From assembly GCA_951406725.2 (NCBI GenBank), contig OX597817.1, positions 121,954,001-122,018,000 on the forward strand: 64,000 nucleotides of DNA, read 5' to 3'. The notes beneath the pieces are model-generated. The model was given only the letters and a program-made list of their open reading frames with translations. It did not search any database and had not been told where the DNA came from. This document shows, one piece after another, positions 26,715-38,090 of this stretch. Both the position numbers and the translations under genes were made by a program. Position 1 is the first letter of the stretch, and every line of letters begins with the position of its first letter. Source of the stretch: Octopus vulgaris. Taxonomy: Eukaryota.

Positions 26715-27065
26715 CAAATGATATAGACGGAAAATATGCTACACGGGAAACTTTATATAGTTTCTTGTGTATTCCGTTCACCGTCCCATTAGTCTCATAC
26801 TCAAAGTACACTGGGGAATATCCGAGGTAATTCTGGAGACAGTTGTGTAATCACCCTGCATGACGCCAGGTAACTATAGACAGTAAACGTGTTTTATCGG
26901 CGAACTACTCGGAACATATACAAAACTTAAATATTAACTTTATATAAATATATATATATATATACATTTATACATATATGCATAGAGCAGAACCTTGGTT
27001 TTCAAATAACTCTAATCACAAATAAATTGTACGTTATCTCCTGCCTTTCTCAAATTCATTAAATA

Positions 27066-27213
27066 CAGTAGTCCCTCGGTTTACAAACGCCTCTGATCAC
27101 GAAGAAATCGTACTTTATATATATCTATATCTGACTATCTATATATATATATATATATTTAGAAAGCGCGATTTATTCGCCATCAAAGTTGTCCGAAAAG
27201 TAACGTACTACTG
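27066..27213. mobile_element. Possible pogo/Tigger-like MITE relic
   Basis: TA|CAGTAGTCC ... GTACTACTG|TA short inverted ends. Confidence 0.45.
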
Positions 27214-27244
<31 letters not shown>

Positions 27245-29369
27245 ATATCAGCGTACTACTAGGGACATACAATAACACTTAAATATTAACTTTAACTGAG
27301 ATCGACGGTATCAACAAATCACTTCCCCTTAAAAATATTAGATCTGTGGCTGCGGTGTGCTGTGCGTGTGTGTATGTGTTTGTGTCCGTGTATGTGTGTG
27401 TGTGCTTGGGTGTGTGTATGCGTGTCAGTTTGTCTTTAAAAAGAGGCAGAAATATCACATTGTTTTATTGTTTTTCAATCTGAGAGAATGAAGTATTGCG
27501 ACATTTATACCTTCCGAAAGTAGACTCGGCGAAAACGATATGAACTTGCGTCAAATGAGAATCAAAACGAACCGCAGTTTTATCTAATATCTCCGGGGGT
27601 TCACCTCGTGCAGTATGGTATTCACAAGCAGAGAATACTAATGTATTAATTCAATCAAAATAAACCACATTATCAGTTGCGGAACTATAGAAACTTTCAG
27701 AAAACTAAATTTTGCAAGCTGAGATCTAAAGTTACATTTAGCGTGCCAGAGAAACTATCACAGAAAGAGCTTCAGGGATAAGTAATCTAATCTGATAGAA
27801 CATATCAGGAGGGTTCTCTATTATAGATTTGCGCCTGCAGGTAGGTACAGAAATAGTTCTTTATCTTCAGTGCTTAGATTACATGCAGCAGATGACATAC
27901 AGACATTCACAGCACCATATTAAAATATCTTAAAATATATAAAAATAAAACTCCTTTATTCCTGAGATAAATTTGCTTTCATGTTACCTAACAACGTAAA
28001 ATATTAAGTCATAGGCGCTGATGTTCACATGGAAAATATAGATATTTACTAGTGAATCGTTGGAGCTGATATTAGTCACATGGTATTAAACGTGGATGGA
28101 TTATTCCACAGCTGACACTCAATTCATGAGACGAGAAAGTATGATTACTGATATATAGATATTTAATGAGAAACAGTCATTTATTTAAATCAATTTAATT
28201 ACCAGTTTATTCTTTTCCACAGTTTCAATAACGCTGATGATAAGGCAACTATCTCCGTCTATTCAAGCATGGTCTGATTAAAACAAATATAATTGGTGTA
28301 ATATAGAATACGTATTTACATTCTCGAGATGAGTGCTCTGATCAACCAAATCTAGACGTGGCACTAATATTTGAAACGACTGATATTTCGTATACTATGT
28401 TGCCCTGATGCTTCATTCTAACACTTATGTCAACATAACTGTAAATAAACGCGTTGAATAAATACTGATTAGTTAAGTAAGTGATAGGAGCATAACTGTA
28501 TAATTAAGGAGTGTTTTTCTTTAACTTTGCAGTATTGCATCAAGTTACTTAATCACATGAAGCATTAAAGGAACTCGAAACATTTGAGATAGTGGAGTCG
28601 TCATGTTGATATACCATATATCTTATTAATTCGCTAACGTGTATCAAATTCACTTCTTTTCGACGATATGGTCACTAGAAAATGTTATTTAATGCAATAA
28701 GTCAGCTTGACGGTTTAATCTTTTCTATAAATATTCTTAGGCCATGTGTGTCATTCATCCTTTCGCTAGGGTAATTACGTTTGAGATACTACGAGTTCAG
28801 GTCTCGTCGGAATTGACGTTTTCTTTCCGGGTCGACTCAGAAAGTATCATAAAAGCCCTAATGATGATACAATCAACCACACCTTCATAAAATTATTTGA
28901 TCTTAGTTCTTTCTTAGAAATTAATATATATCTAAGTATCTAGTCTGTAAGTGCTACGGTATGTCAACTGCTGGGCTGGTGACAATTATGAAGGCAGAAA
29001 CACATGTTAATAGCTGTACTCTCATTTTCAAGCAAGTACACATTCTTTTCCTTAATGGCATGCCAATTTTAGAAAATTCTTAATTCTTCTCATTTTGAGT
29101 TGGTCGCAATTTTCACAAGGCGTTTATTTCCTCTTCTCTCGGATAATTGGTCATGATAAATCATTATTCGTATTGATAATGATAAATCAATATTCATATT
29201 GCTACTCGTCAAATGATATCAATACATTTGATTCCCAATTTTTTAATTTGTTTTCATGTGTTACATCTAATTTTCCTTTGTATCTCTTTTGTCTAATATT
29301 ACTTATTCGCTTAGTAAATAAATTGCATATCTACAGAAGTCTGCTCTCCATTTTATCTGAATTTGTTTC

Positions 29370-29745
29370 CTCATAACTTCTTGGAAAATTTATACCTTTT
29401 AACGAAAATTTCTATAAAAACATTTTAGACTGTTTAAAATATGTGTATACAAGAACTTGTCAAAAGGTTTTAAGGGGGTGGGTAAAGTATGTTTGGATAA
29501 ATCACACACTTCGACTGCGTTTCGTCATAACTTTCAGAAAAAATTATTTTTAATGAAATTTTCTACGAATATCTATCACGAAGTGTGGATAACGATTATA
29601 TCCGAACTTCACAAGGAAAAAATTGTGTGTAAGTGATACTTCGCACATCTCATTTTTGTTTCCTTACACGTTTTGATGATGTAAATTACAATAATGTTTG
29701 AAAAGAATTCATTCTGAGAACCCACGCGATTCCTGGTATTTTTAG
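29370..29745 (+). mobile_element. Possible non-autonomous Helitron-like relic with two ~155-bp internal repeats
   Basis: tcataactt...gaaa...gaaa(a/t)tttcta repeated at 29371 and 29525; degenerate GC hairpin near 29720-29740. Confidence 0.4.
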
Positions 29746-29834
29746 CATACAATATGACCACGTAGAGGAGGAGCTTTCGTAAAGTATGTTCAAGAAAGTG
29801 ACTAAACCTGCAATAAAATAACCATATCTATTAT

Positions 29835-29988
29835 AAGCTCAAAGCCTGAAATTTGTGGGGAAAACCAGTGCTTCCCCCAAATTTCCAGTGCTTGACTGGT
29901 ACGGAATTTGAACTCAGAACGTTAAGATGGACAACATGCAGCCAATCTATTTGCCTGGCGTGCTAACAATTCTGCAAGCTCACCGCCT
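29835..29988 (-). mobile_element. SINE family A with internal deletion
   Basis: ggaatttgaactcagaacg...gctcaccgcc. Confidence 0.8.
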
Positions 29989-30839
29989 TTAGTTGCAACA
30001 AAATAATGAAAGAAATACGTATTCAATAAACGATGTTAGCATTGCACTAACCTTTCAACAAAACTTATTAGTCAGGGAATTTTTGAGAAAGGGTCAATAT
30101 AAAGACCATCACCCGAGAACAAAAAAAAAAGATTAACCAGCCTGGTGGGTGTTAACAAGTGTATGGAAAACGAATCAGTGTAACCGTATCTTATATAATC
30201 ATAAAGCAATCAGTATATGAAAATGAACATTAATAAATGACGGAGCAGATTAGAGGAGGTATATGTGTATATCAGTTCTGAAAGCAGTAGCCAAACAAAT
30301 ATAAATTAGCAATCATTAAAACACTTTATAGAACCACTTACGTTTTCTAACAATAGCGCATTATCGTTAATGAAAATTTCATGTTTCAAACAATAGTATT
30401 TTCCTTTCCTTCGCCATTTTTGTTTTCTATCTAAAAGTCAACTATTCTAGCACCATCGATATAACCTTTCTCATAGCTCTCATGCACTCACACCCTTTCG
30501 TTACTCTATTCAACTCATCTGCACACCACACTCACGATTTTGATTTTCTAATAAAACATAACAATGACTGTCTTTAACTTTCCTTCCATTCTCTACGTTA
30601 CCACCAATCTGCTATCAGAGTTATGATCTCTTGCAGGTCAGTATATTTCTAACAACTAATTTTTTCATCTTTCTCATTATTTACTAACGATCACTATTCT
30701 AACATCGTATTTAATGTCTTTCTCTTCCCACACTCCTCTGTCTCCTACAAGAAAGTATTGCGTAGTATACTGACCAAATACTATCTACACTCACAAACAC
30801 ACTCAAAGATACACACACACACACATATATATATATATA

Positions 30840-31050
30840 GTTAATCCAAACAAGAAAGCACAAAAAAAAAACACAACAACGCGAGGACGTGGAACAAATA
30901 TAGTATTATTGGACGCTCAGGAAAGAAGGAAAGAAGGAGGGTTGAACGTTTCGAGCGGAGCTCTTCGTCGGAAACATAGGAGAAGGAAAGATCTGGAGAA
31001 GGGAAGACAGACGAAAAAAAATCGTCAACGGTACACACGCGGTCACATTT
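30840..31050 (-). mobile_element. ~210-bp non-coding element with hammerhead-like core, copy 1
   Basis: Closely similar to 55954-56160; inserted in (TA)n. Confidence 0.85.
30943..30976 (-). ncRNA. Minimal type I hammerhead-ribozyme-like motif (U4C variant)
   Basis: GUUU-CCGACGA-A-GAGC(UCC)GCUC-GAAACGUU-CAAC: core boxes, 4-bp stem II and palindromic ACGU stem III. Confidence 0.55.
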
Positions 31051-31419
31051 TGATATATATATATATAAATGGAGTTTAACGCAGATATAATTCAAATACT
31101 TTTACTTCCGACGCATGTTTCGAAGATTTCACTGATATTATTCAAAAGAATAAAGGGTGTAAAGCATACATACATACACACATACACATTGTGCCGTTGT
31201 TCTTAGCTGCAGTATAGCCTTCCCCTCAAATTACGTTGCTTTACACCATTTATTTATTTACTCCATTTATTTATTTATATATTATACAAAAAATTCCACG
31301 TAAACCCGAAGTTTCTACCTTTAAAAACAAGGAGTTACAACCTCTTTAATTGTGTGATTTTTTTGCTAACTATTTATCTATTTTTCCGTGTTAATTGTTA
31401 ACAATTTGTGTTGTGTTGC

Positions 31420-31960
31420 AATACTCCTGATGTGAAATCATTTCAACAAACAGATATTGTTGTATTTCGGGATGGTCATTTTTGTGTCAAATAAATACAC
31501 GCACTATCTAATTGTTCTTCACTCGTTTATTACTGTTCTTATTCAAACTCACGTCCATTTTCCGGAAATCTTTCGTCACAGGGACACTTTTCGTCTGTGT
31601 GTGTTCTTGCTCCATTTACACCATTCTGCTCTTATATGATGTGTATCCTTATATGCGCATGCGTTTGCATCAGTGTGTATGTATGTGTGTATGTATGCTT
31701 GTGTGTGTATGTCATTGCTCTTAGCAGCAGTATGGACTTCCTCTCAGCCATATCCTCTTACCTCGTTGTCGCTGTTGCTGTCCTAGAACCCGAAGATTTG
31801 GTTCAGTTCCTGTATTTTTCTATAATTATTTATTCGCCCACGGTTTTGACATCATGCACATGAGTTAGAATAAGAACAGTAATAAACGAGTGAAGAACAA
31901 ATATTAGTACTTGTGTTTATTTGATAAAAAAAATGACCATCACGAAATACAACAACATAT
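31420..31960. mobile_element. Foldback element, copy 2
   Basis: 31452-31545 is inverted to 31862-31958; arms homologous to the 3167 element. Confidence 0.7.
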
Positions 31961-32429
31961 ATATATGACGGCAGAGGCATGGATGAGTGTTTAAGAAGGT
32001 CAGTTTGCAGGTTTCGCATGTAGCCCCACTGCTCAGCAAGAGTATAAATTGTGCAAGTGACATGTTGTTATTATCCGTTATACATGTTATCGCTATTTCC
32101 ACTTTTTTTTCTAGAAAGAGCAGTGTTTAGTTATCCGTTTTCTGTGGACTAACACATTGAAATCTCAGTTAAGTACAAAGAAAATATCCGAAATAACAAG
32201 CCATTGTGTTGCTGCTTCGGATACTCTGAGAATTGATTGTAGAATTATAATGAAAATAGTAACTCAAATGTAGCCCTTCAAAAAGGCTCCAGGTCCTTTT
32301 ATGACTCAAGGTAATGGTTGTCTTGAAATGAGAGATGACCGCTGATGAAGCAAATATGAAAACTACTGGTCATTCAACCTGACATTTTTTATAAAACACT
32401 TGGCCATAGTTAACCTTAAAATAATATTC

Positions 32430-32645
32430 CTTCCTACTATAGGCACATGACATGAAATTTGTAGGGGTGAGGGTATACTGGATTACATCGACCCCTGTGC
32501 TCAACTGGTACTCCTTTTATCAACCTCGAAAGAATGAAAGGCAAAGTTAACCTCGACGGAATTTCAACTCAGAACACAATGACGGACGAGAGGTTACTAT
32601 GCATTTTGCCCGGCGTAATAACAATTCTCTAGAGCTCTCCCCATT
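32430..32645 (-). mobile_element. SINE family A
   Basis: Full reverse-complement match. Confidence 0.8.
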
Positions 32646-34476
32646 AGCTAACCTAATACTAGTGATAGCTACAGTGGCCAGAGGGAATACAGTGTTAAGC
32701 ACGCTCAACAGAAACATAAGTACATCGTTTAAAATTATCGCACACATACATACAAATGCACACATAAACACACACACATACATATGTTTAAATACATAAA
32801 TATGTGTATGTTTGATAACATCGACAACGTATATTACCATATTCATATGCTAACCAACTACAAAACAGAATGGAAACATCAAACGTTCATCTTTAAATAT
32901 CAGTACAAAATAAATATATATAGAGTGTGGTTTTCACAGCAAAAATGTAGATCTTCAACTTCACGCTAAAAACCCCTACGTAAAATAACGCCAGGGTTAT
33001 TATATCAAACTCTCATGTAAACAGAATAACATATGTATATATTGAGATAATATATTGTAAAAGAATATTCGCAAAATTTTGCAGTAAATTCTGTGATAGT
33101 TATGCGAATAAAACTAAGCACATCAGCAAAGAGTATAAACACACATAGATAACATATGAAAATATTTTGAAGCTTTCTTGTAATTTTAGAAATATCTCTA
33201 CTCCAAAGAATCAAAAGGCGTAACATGAAGTTGTGAACGTATCTGAAATAGTAATAGGATAATCCATCGTGTAACAGAAGAGCAATAAAATAACAGCTCC
33301 ACCAGTAACCACAATTCTAAGAGAATAAAAGAAGTTAATAATGGACTATTTTGAAATTAATCCCAATTTTAGCGATGGGTTTGATAATATGAATACGTAT
33401 ATTTGATTTCTAATAGCGTTTTTGTAATGTAATAGATTTCACAAAAATATTTTGTGTATGGTGTAATTATCATGCGTAAAATAATTTCTTAGAGGGATTT
33501 TTTGCAAGCAACTACTAATACAACGAGGTTAATGTGAATGCCTAGAAACGGAGTAAATAGAAATGAAACATAATTGTTTTAAATACATTGGAGTTGATTT
33601 GAAATTCTGCTGTTCTGACATTGTATAGCATAAATGAAGGAAGGTGTATTTGATAATTCATTATATGTGTTTGATTTTTGCATGCAATCATCAAAGTAAT
33701 CCAGCTGATATGTATCATGTGATGCTTGTAAATCTTTTTTCTCTAACCAGAGCATGCAGAAAGTTTTTGTTTTGTATTGATTTAAACATCAAAGTTATTC
33801 AATACATCACAAGCCATGAAAATGAGGAAAATAGATGGAATCATAAAATCCATGTAATGGCATGGCAAGTCAGACAGCAGCACGTATCTATTCAGCTGTA
33901 ATGTGATTCTGAATGTAGGATGATAATGATTCCCTGAGCGGCTTTTCAATGACAAAACTCAACTGAACAATCACGTTATTATCAGGATATAAAATCAGAA
34001 TGAGTATGCGTGGTACTGGTGTTCTCGCTTGTTCACAAGCAAAGAAAGAATCGTTTGCGCTACAGTTGCATCAAAAAGCAGCACACGAATTAAAACTACT
34101 GCTATGAACTTGAAAAACAAAAATCAAGAAACAGTATTTCCAGAGCAAAAATTATAAATAATAAAGAGGAAGTATTTATAAAAAAATTCTCAAATGGATG
34201 TCTTAAAAAATATGTTTAGGCAAAAAGTGAAATATTTATTTTTTATTGAAATCTAAAAATGTATACAGTATTCATTAAATATTAACCGAAATGCCTTATG
34301 ATCAACTGTAAGATAACCTGATTAGCGTTGTCTATTTGCCGAAAGAAATGAAAAAAAAAAATATGAGCAAAATTATGAAAAATGAATGAGACACAAAATG
34401 AAGAAAAAATAATAGTGCTAGAGGTAAATTAGTTTTAGCTTATTAAAGAAGTGCATTGTATTTAATTGCCAAAGTA

Positions 34477-34850
34477 TCTTTAAAGTATGTCAAAATTAGA
34501 GCCAAATAAAACATAGGAATGATTATAATCTAACCCACTTACAACGTTTCAATACATTTATATTTTATTAGACGCAAGTACATATCTTCATGGTAACAGA
34601 AAATAGATTCACTCACATCGATATACATTTCCTTTAGTATATACAACGGGCTATTTTTAAGCTATAATTCCAAAATAATTTCTATGACTATTACTGTTCA
34701 TTATCAATAGACTTCATTGGGACATAGCTAACATGCCCAACAATATAAAGTTCTTTTTAATATCGAGACGTGAAATCGTGATTTTCAGTATGTATATGTG
34801 TATGAGTGTGTGAATGCGTGTGTGTGTTTGTATGTATGTATGTATGTATG

Positions 34851-34905
<55 letters not shown>

Positions 34906-35203
34906 ATGATGATGGACGACGTATAACTCTTCAGCTTCTGCCGAATGACCTGCACGAATAATTTGTTTACAGTGATCGAATGTTCGTGCTGCACATTAAC
35001 TCATTCCCTCCATCAAATTGACGTTGTCTGAAGAGGTGCACGGTGTATCACGCTTGTATCGATGTAAGTGAATCTATTTTCTCTTTCCATGAAGATATAT
35101 AATTGCGTCTAATAAAATATAAATGTATTGAAACGTTGTAAGTGGCTTAGATTATAATCATTCATACGTTGTATTTGGCTCTAATTTTGACATACTTTAA
35201 AGA
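34477..35203. repeat. ~147-bp inverted repeat pair (34477-34623 / 35057-35203)
   Basis: Arms match closely in reverse complement; the right arm lies in a CTGAAGA...GAAACGTTGTA context. Confidence 0.8.
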
Positions 35204-35324
35204 CACTGAAGAAACAAAGGCAGCACTTGGTGTAGGAATTGAAACCACGATCTCTTGATCGTGACTGCAACACACTAACCCCTAGTCCATGCGTCCTTAA
35301 ATATGTGATTGAGTGAGTGCGCAC

Positions 35325-35379
<55 letters not shown>

Positions 35380-35644
35380 CAGCAAGGATATCCAGAGGTA
35401 ATGCAGTACGATCGTTTCATGCGACTTCATTTAATTGAACAATGCAATCACTAAATCAATTAAAAACGTAGAACAATCTTCAGCTGCAGAAAAACATAGA
35501 ATTTAATTAAATTTGAAGGACACATTAGTACAATTTTATCCAAAATCTCCAACAGGATAAGGAGATAGACAAAGAACATGTTTTACCAACAACATCACAG
35601 TTGTAACTCTACATATATTTATCTTTAACTTGTTTCAATATATT

Positions 35645-36170
35645 AGACTGCGGTATAAACGTCTATGTTCCCAAAGGTATTCATATGATGATCCTCTCGG
35701 TTTGCATGTTTACTTTGATATTGCTGGTGTACAATATATATCCCTATAAAATACATTTGACGAAAATTATTGGAAACTAACGTTTTCTGAATTTGTTTTG
35801 CAAGATTCCTGGTGTGAAATCGTGGTTGAAACAGATATTGTTTTACTTCGGGACAGTCATTTTCCTTCTTGCCAAATAAACACACGCACTGTATATTCGT
35901 TCTCCGCTCGTTTATTATTGTTCTTATTATCTTATGTCTCTTGTCAGGAAATCGTTCGTCACCCTCTTGTGTCCTCTTCGGCGACTCTCCCATCCCATGT
36001 ATTTCCTTCTGTTCTGTTTAGTCCATTGGGATGGAAAGATGTGTGAAGAAAGATTTCCAGAAAATAGACATAAAGTAAAGTAAGAACACTAATAAATGAA
36101 GGAAGAACGAATACATAGTGATTGGGTTTATTTGGCAAGAACAAAATTACCATTCCGAAATATAACAATA
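35645..36170. mobile_element. Foldback element, copy 3, with extended decayed ORF-like flank
   Basis: 35832-35930 is inverted to 36075-36170; 35795-35900 is homologous to 3290-3392. Confidence 0.7.
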
Positions 36171-37358
36171 GTGGAGACTTAATTGTAGCATTATTACTTC
36201 CACAAGAATGTAAATGCAAAATGTAAATATAGAATGCAGATACTAGATGCAGACTGCAGATGCTGGATGCAGACTGCAGATGTCATTTATAGATTTCAGT
36301 TGCACGGAATAGACAGGGCTAACTTTAAGAACAAGCCTACTATCCTCCTATTTCTATTTATGTCAGCAAAACCATAAAACCCAGACATTTGAAGTATTCA
36401 AATACAGTTGTTGCAAACGAAATTTTGATATGACACTCACTTGCCAAGAAACTTTTCACCGATAACATTACGGAACATAAAAAGTACCCAACTTTCATCT
36501 TCGATGTTACAAACGTATAAAATAATATTCGAAAGAGATACACATTCTCCTGCTCTTTATAAGAGAACTTTTATAGTATAAATGCACCTATTTTACGAGA
36601 TGTCAAAGGAAGAAATAGAAAACCAACAAAACCTTTGACTATCAAAGGTGCTATTTTCTATACCGTTTTATGAAATTTTCGGCATCTTCCCATAATATAT
36701 TCATTTATCGATGATATTTTATTACTCACCGTATTATACACTAAGGACTCCTCGACTGTGTATATGTGTTTATTTCCCAACACAATTGTGAAGAGACTGC
36801 ATATATTAACTATTCATATGAGACATTCTCCTTTTTCTCCATCAGTGAATGCCTTCGCCATAAAGGGAAAGTAATCAATCATGTAACCTTCAACAATACA
36901 GTGTATACAGTGTTTATTTCAAAGAAAGATTCCGCGAAACTGCTCATTTGGGTAGTAAATTCCTGAATAGGTTCTGAATGTGATGATATTGTTACCTATA
37001 TATATATATGCCCCTCCTCGTCTCAAGTGATTATTACTGAAAATTTTCAATGTTTAATTTTGTCAGTATATCGAAAAACCTGACTATCATTGAAGAATAA
37101 TATTTATGCTATATATGAACAATTAGTCATGTTATGTGGTTGAAGTAGCCCCTACATTCAAATACGATAGCAAAATATCTACTTTGTTTCGAGAAATTGA
37201 AAACTATACTGAAACACTTTCATTCCAATAGTCCCTGTCGTTTCAGGTGGTTACTTGATCATTCCTGTTCAAACAGTAGTCAAATATCTATCAAATAATC
37301 TTGAAGAAGGAAAACAGGCATGCGTACAACAAATTTGTTTATAGATTTCATTAATGAA

Positions 37359-37645
37359 GGCGCATAGCTCAGTGCTTAGAGCGTCCGACTCAATCATTTC
37401 TGGATTGGGTTGTGCGTGTGTTCATGAGCAAGGCATTTTATTTCGCGTTGATTCAGTTCGCACATCTGTAGAAATGAGTTGCGAAACCACTGGGGCCAAA
37501 TTGTATCGGTCGTTGCTTTTTTGGGGATAACATCGTTGGGGTGGAGAGAGGAGGTAGGTATGCATGGGCGACTGCTTGTCTTCCATAAACAACTTTGCTG
37601 GGACCTGTGCCTCGGGGTGGAACTTTCTAGATGCAATTCCATAGT
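37359..37645 (+). mobile_element. SINE family C (GGCGCATAGCTCAGTGCTTAGAGCG tRNA-like head)
   Basis: Clear tRNA A-box head followed by a GC-richer ~280-bp body; single copy here. Confidence 0.6.
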
Positions 37646-37869
37646 GGTTTTAATATTAAAAGTTCTTCTAAAATATATATTGTGATTTAGTAAGAGGAAG
37701 GAAGGGATCGTTCATAAATCTTTATTGGGCCTCTTACAGTGGTTCGAGGGGTGTAGGGTCTTGGCCTCAACTTCAAGTCCTGACTCGAATGCTTGCATAA
37801 GAGTGTATTCTGCTAATCCCATCCCACAAAATTTCAGACCTTGTGCCTTTAGTAGAAATGATTATTATT

Positions 37870-38090
37870 ATTTTTATATAAACACAACATACTAGACTGT
37901 TAGAAAACCGTAGATGCCAAGAACCGCTCTAAGCATCCTAGTTGTCCCTAATAACACTTTCTGCTGTTGTACTAAATTGGGTTTTATGCATATTTCCTCT
38001 ATCCATCCGTTCAGATCTTTCGGAAAAGTTCCCAATGCACCTATAACTACTGGGATACATTTTACCCGCACTTTCCATAGTATCCGTAAT
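37870..38090 (-). mobile_element. R4/Dong-clade LINE 3' end (endonuclease C-terminus)
   Basis: LWKVRVKCIPVVIGALGT...QK.VLLGTTRMLRAVLGI; runs into (TAA)n on the minus strand. Confidence 0.85.

Noticed and set aside
27465-27650. ~60-codon open minus frame containing FGRYKC (Ig-like)
   Set aside because: No start codon or convincing splice boundaries; expected by chance.
36205-36285. Short tandem gatgcagactgcagatg repeats, possible CRISPR-like array
   Set aside because: No unique spacers, only about two units, and eukaryotic context; a simple slippage repeat.
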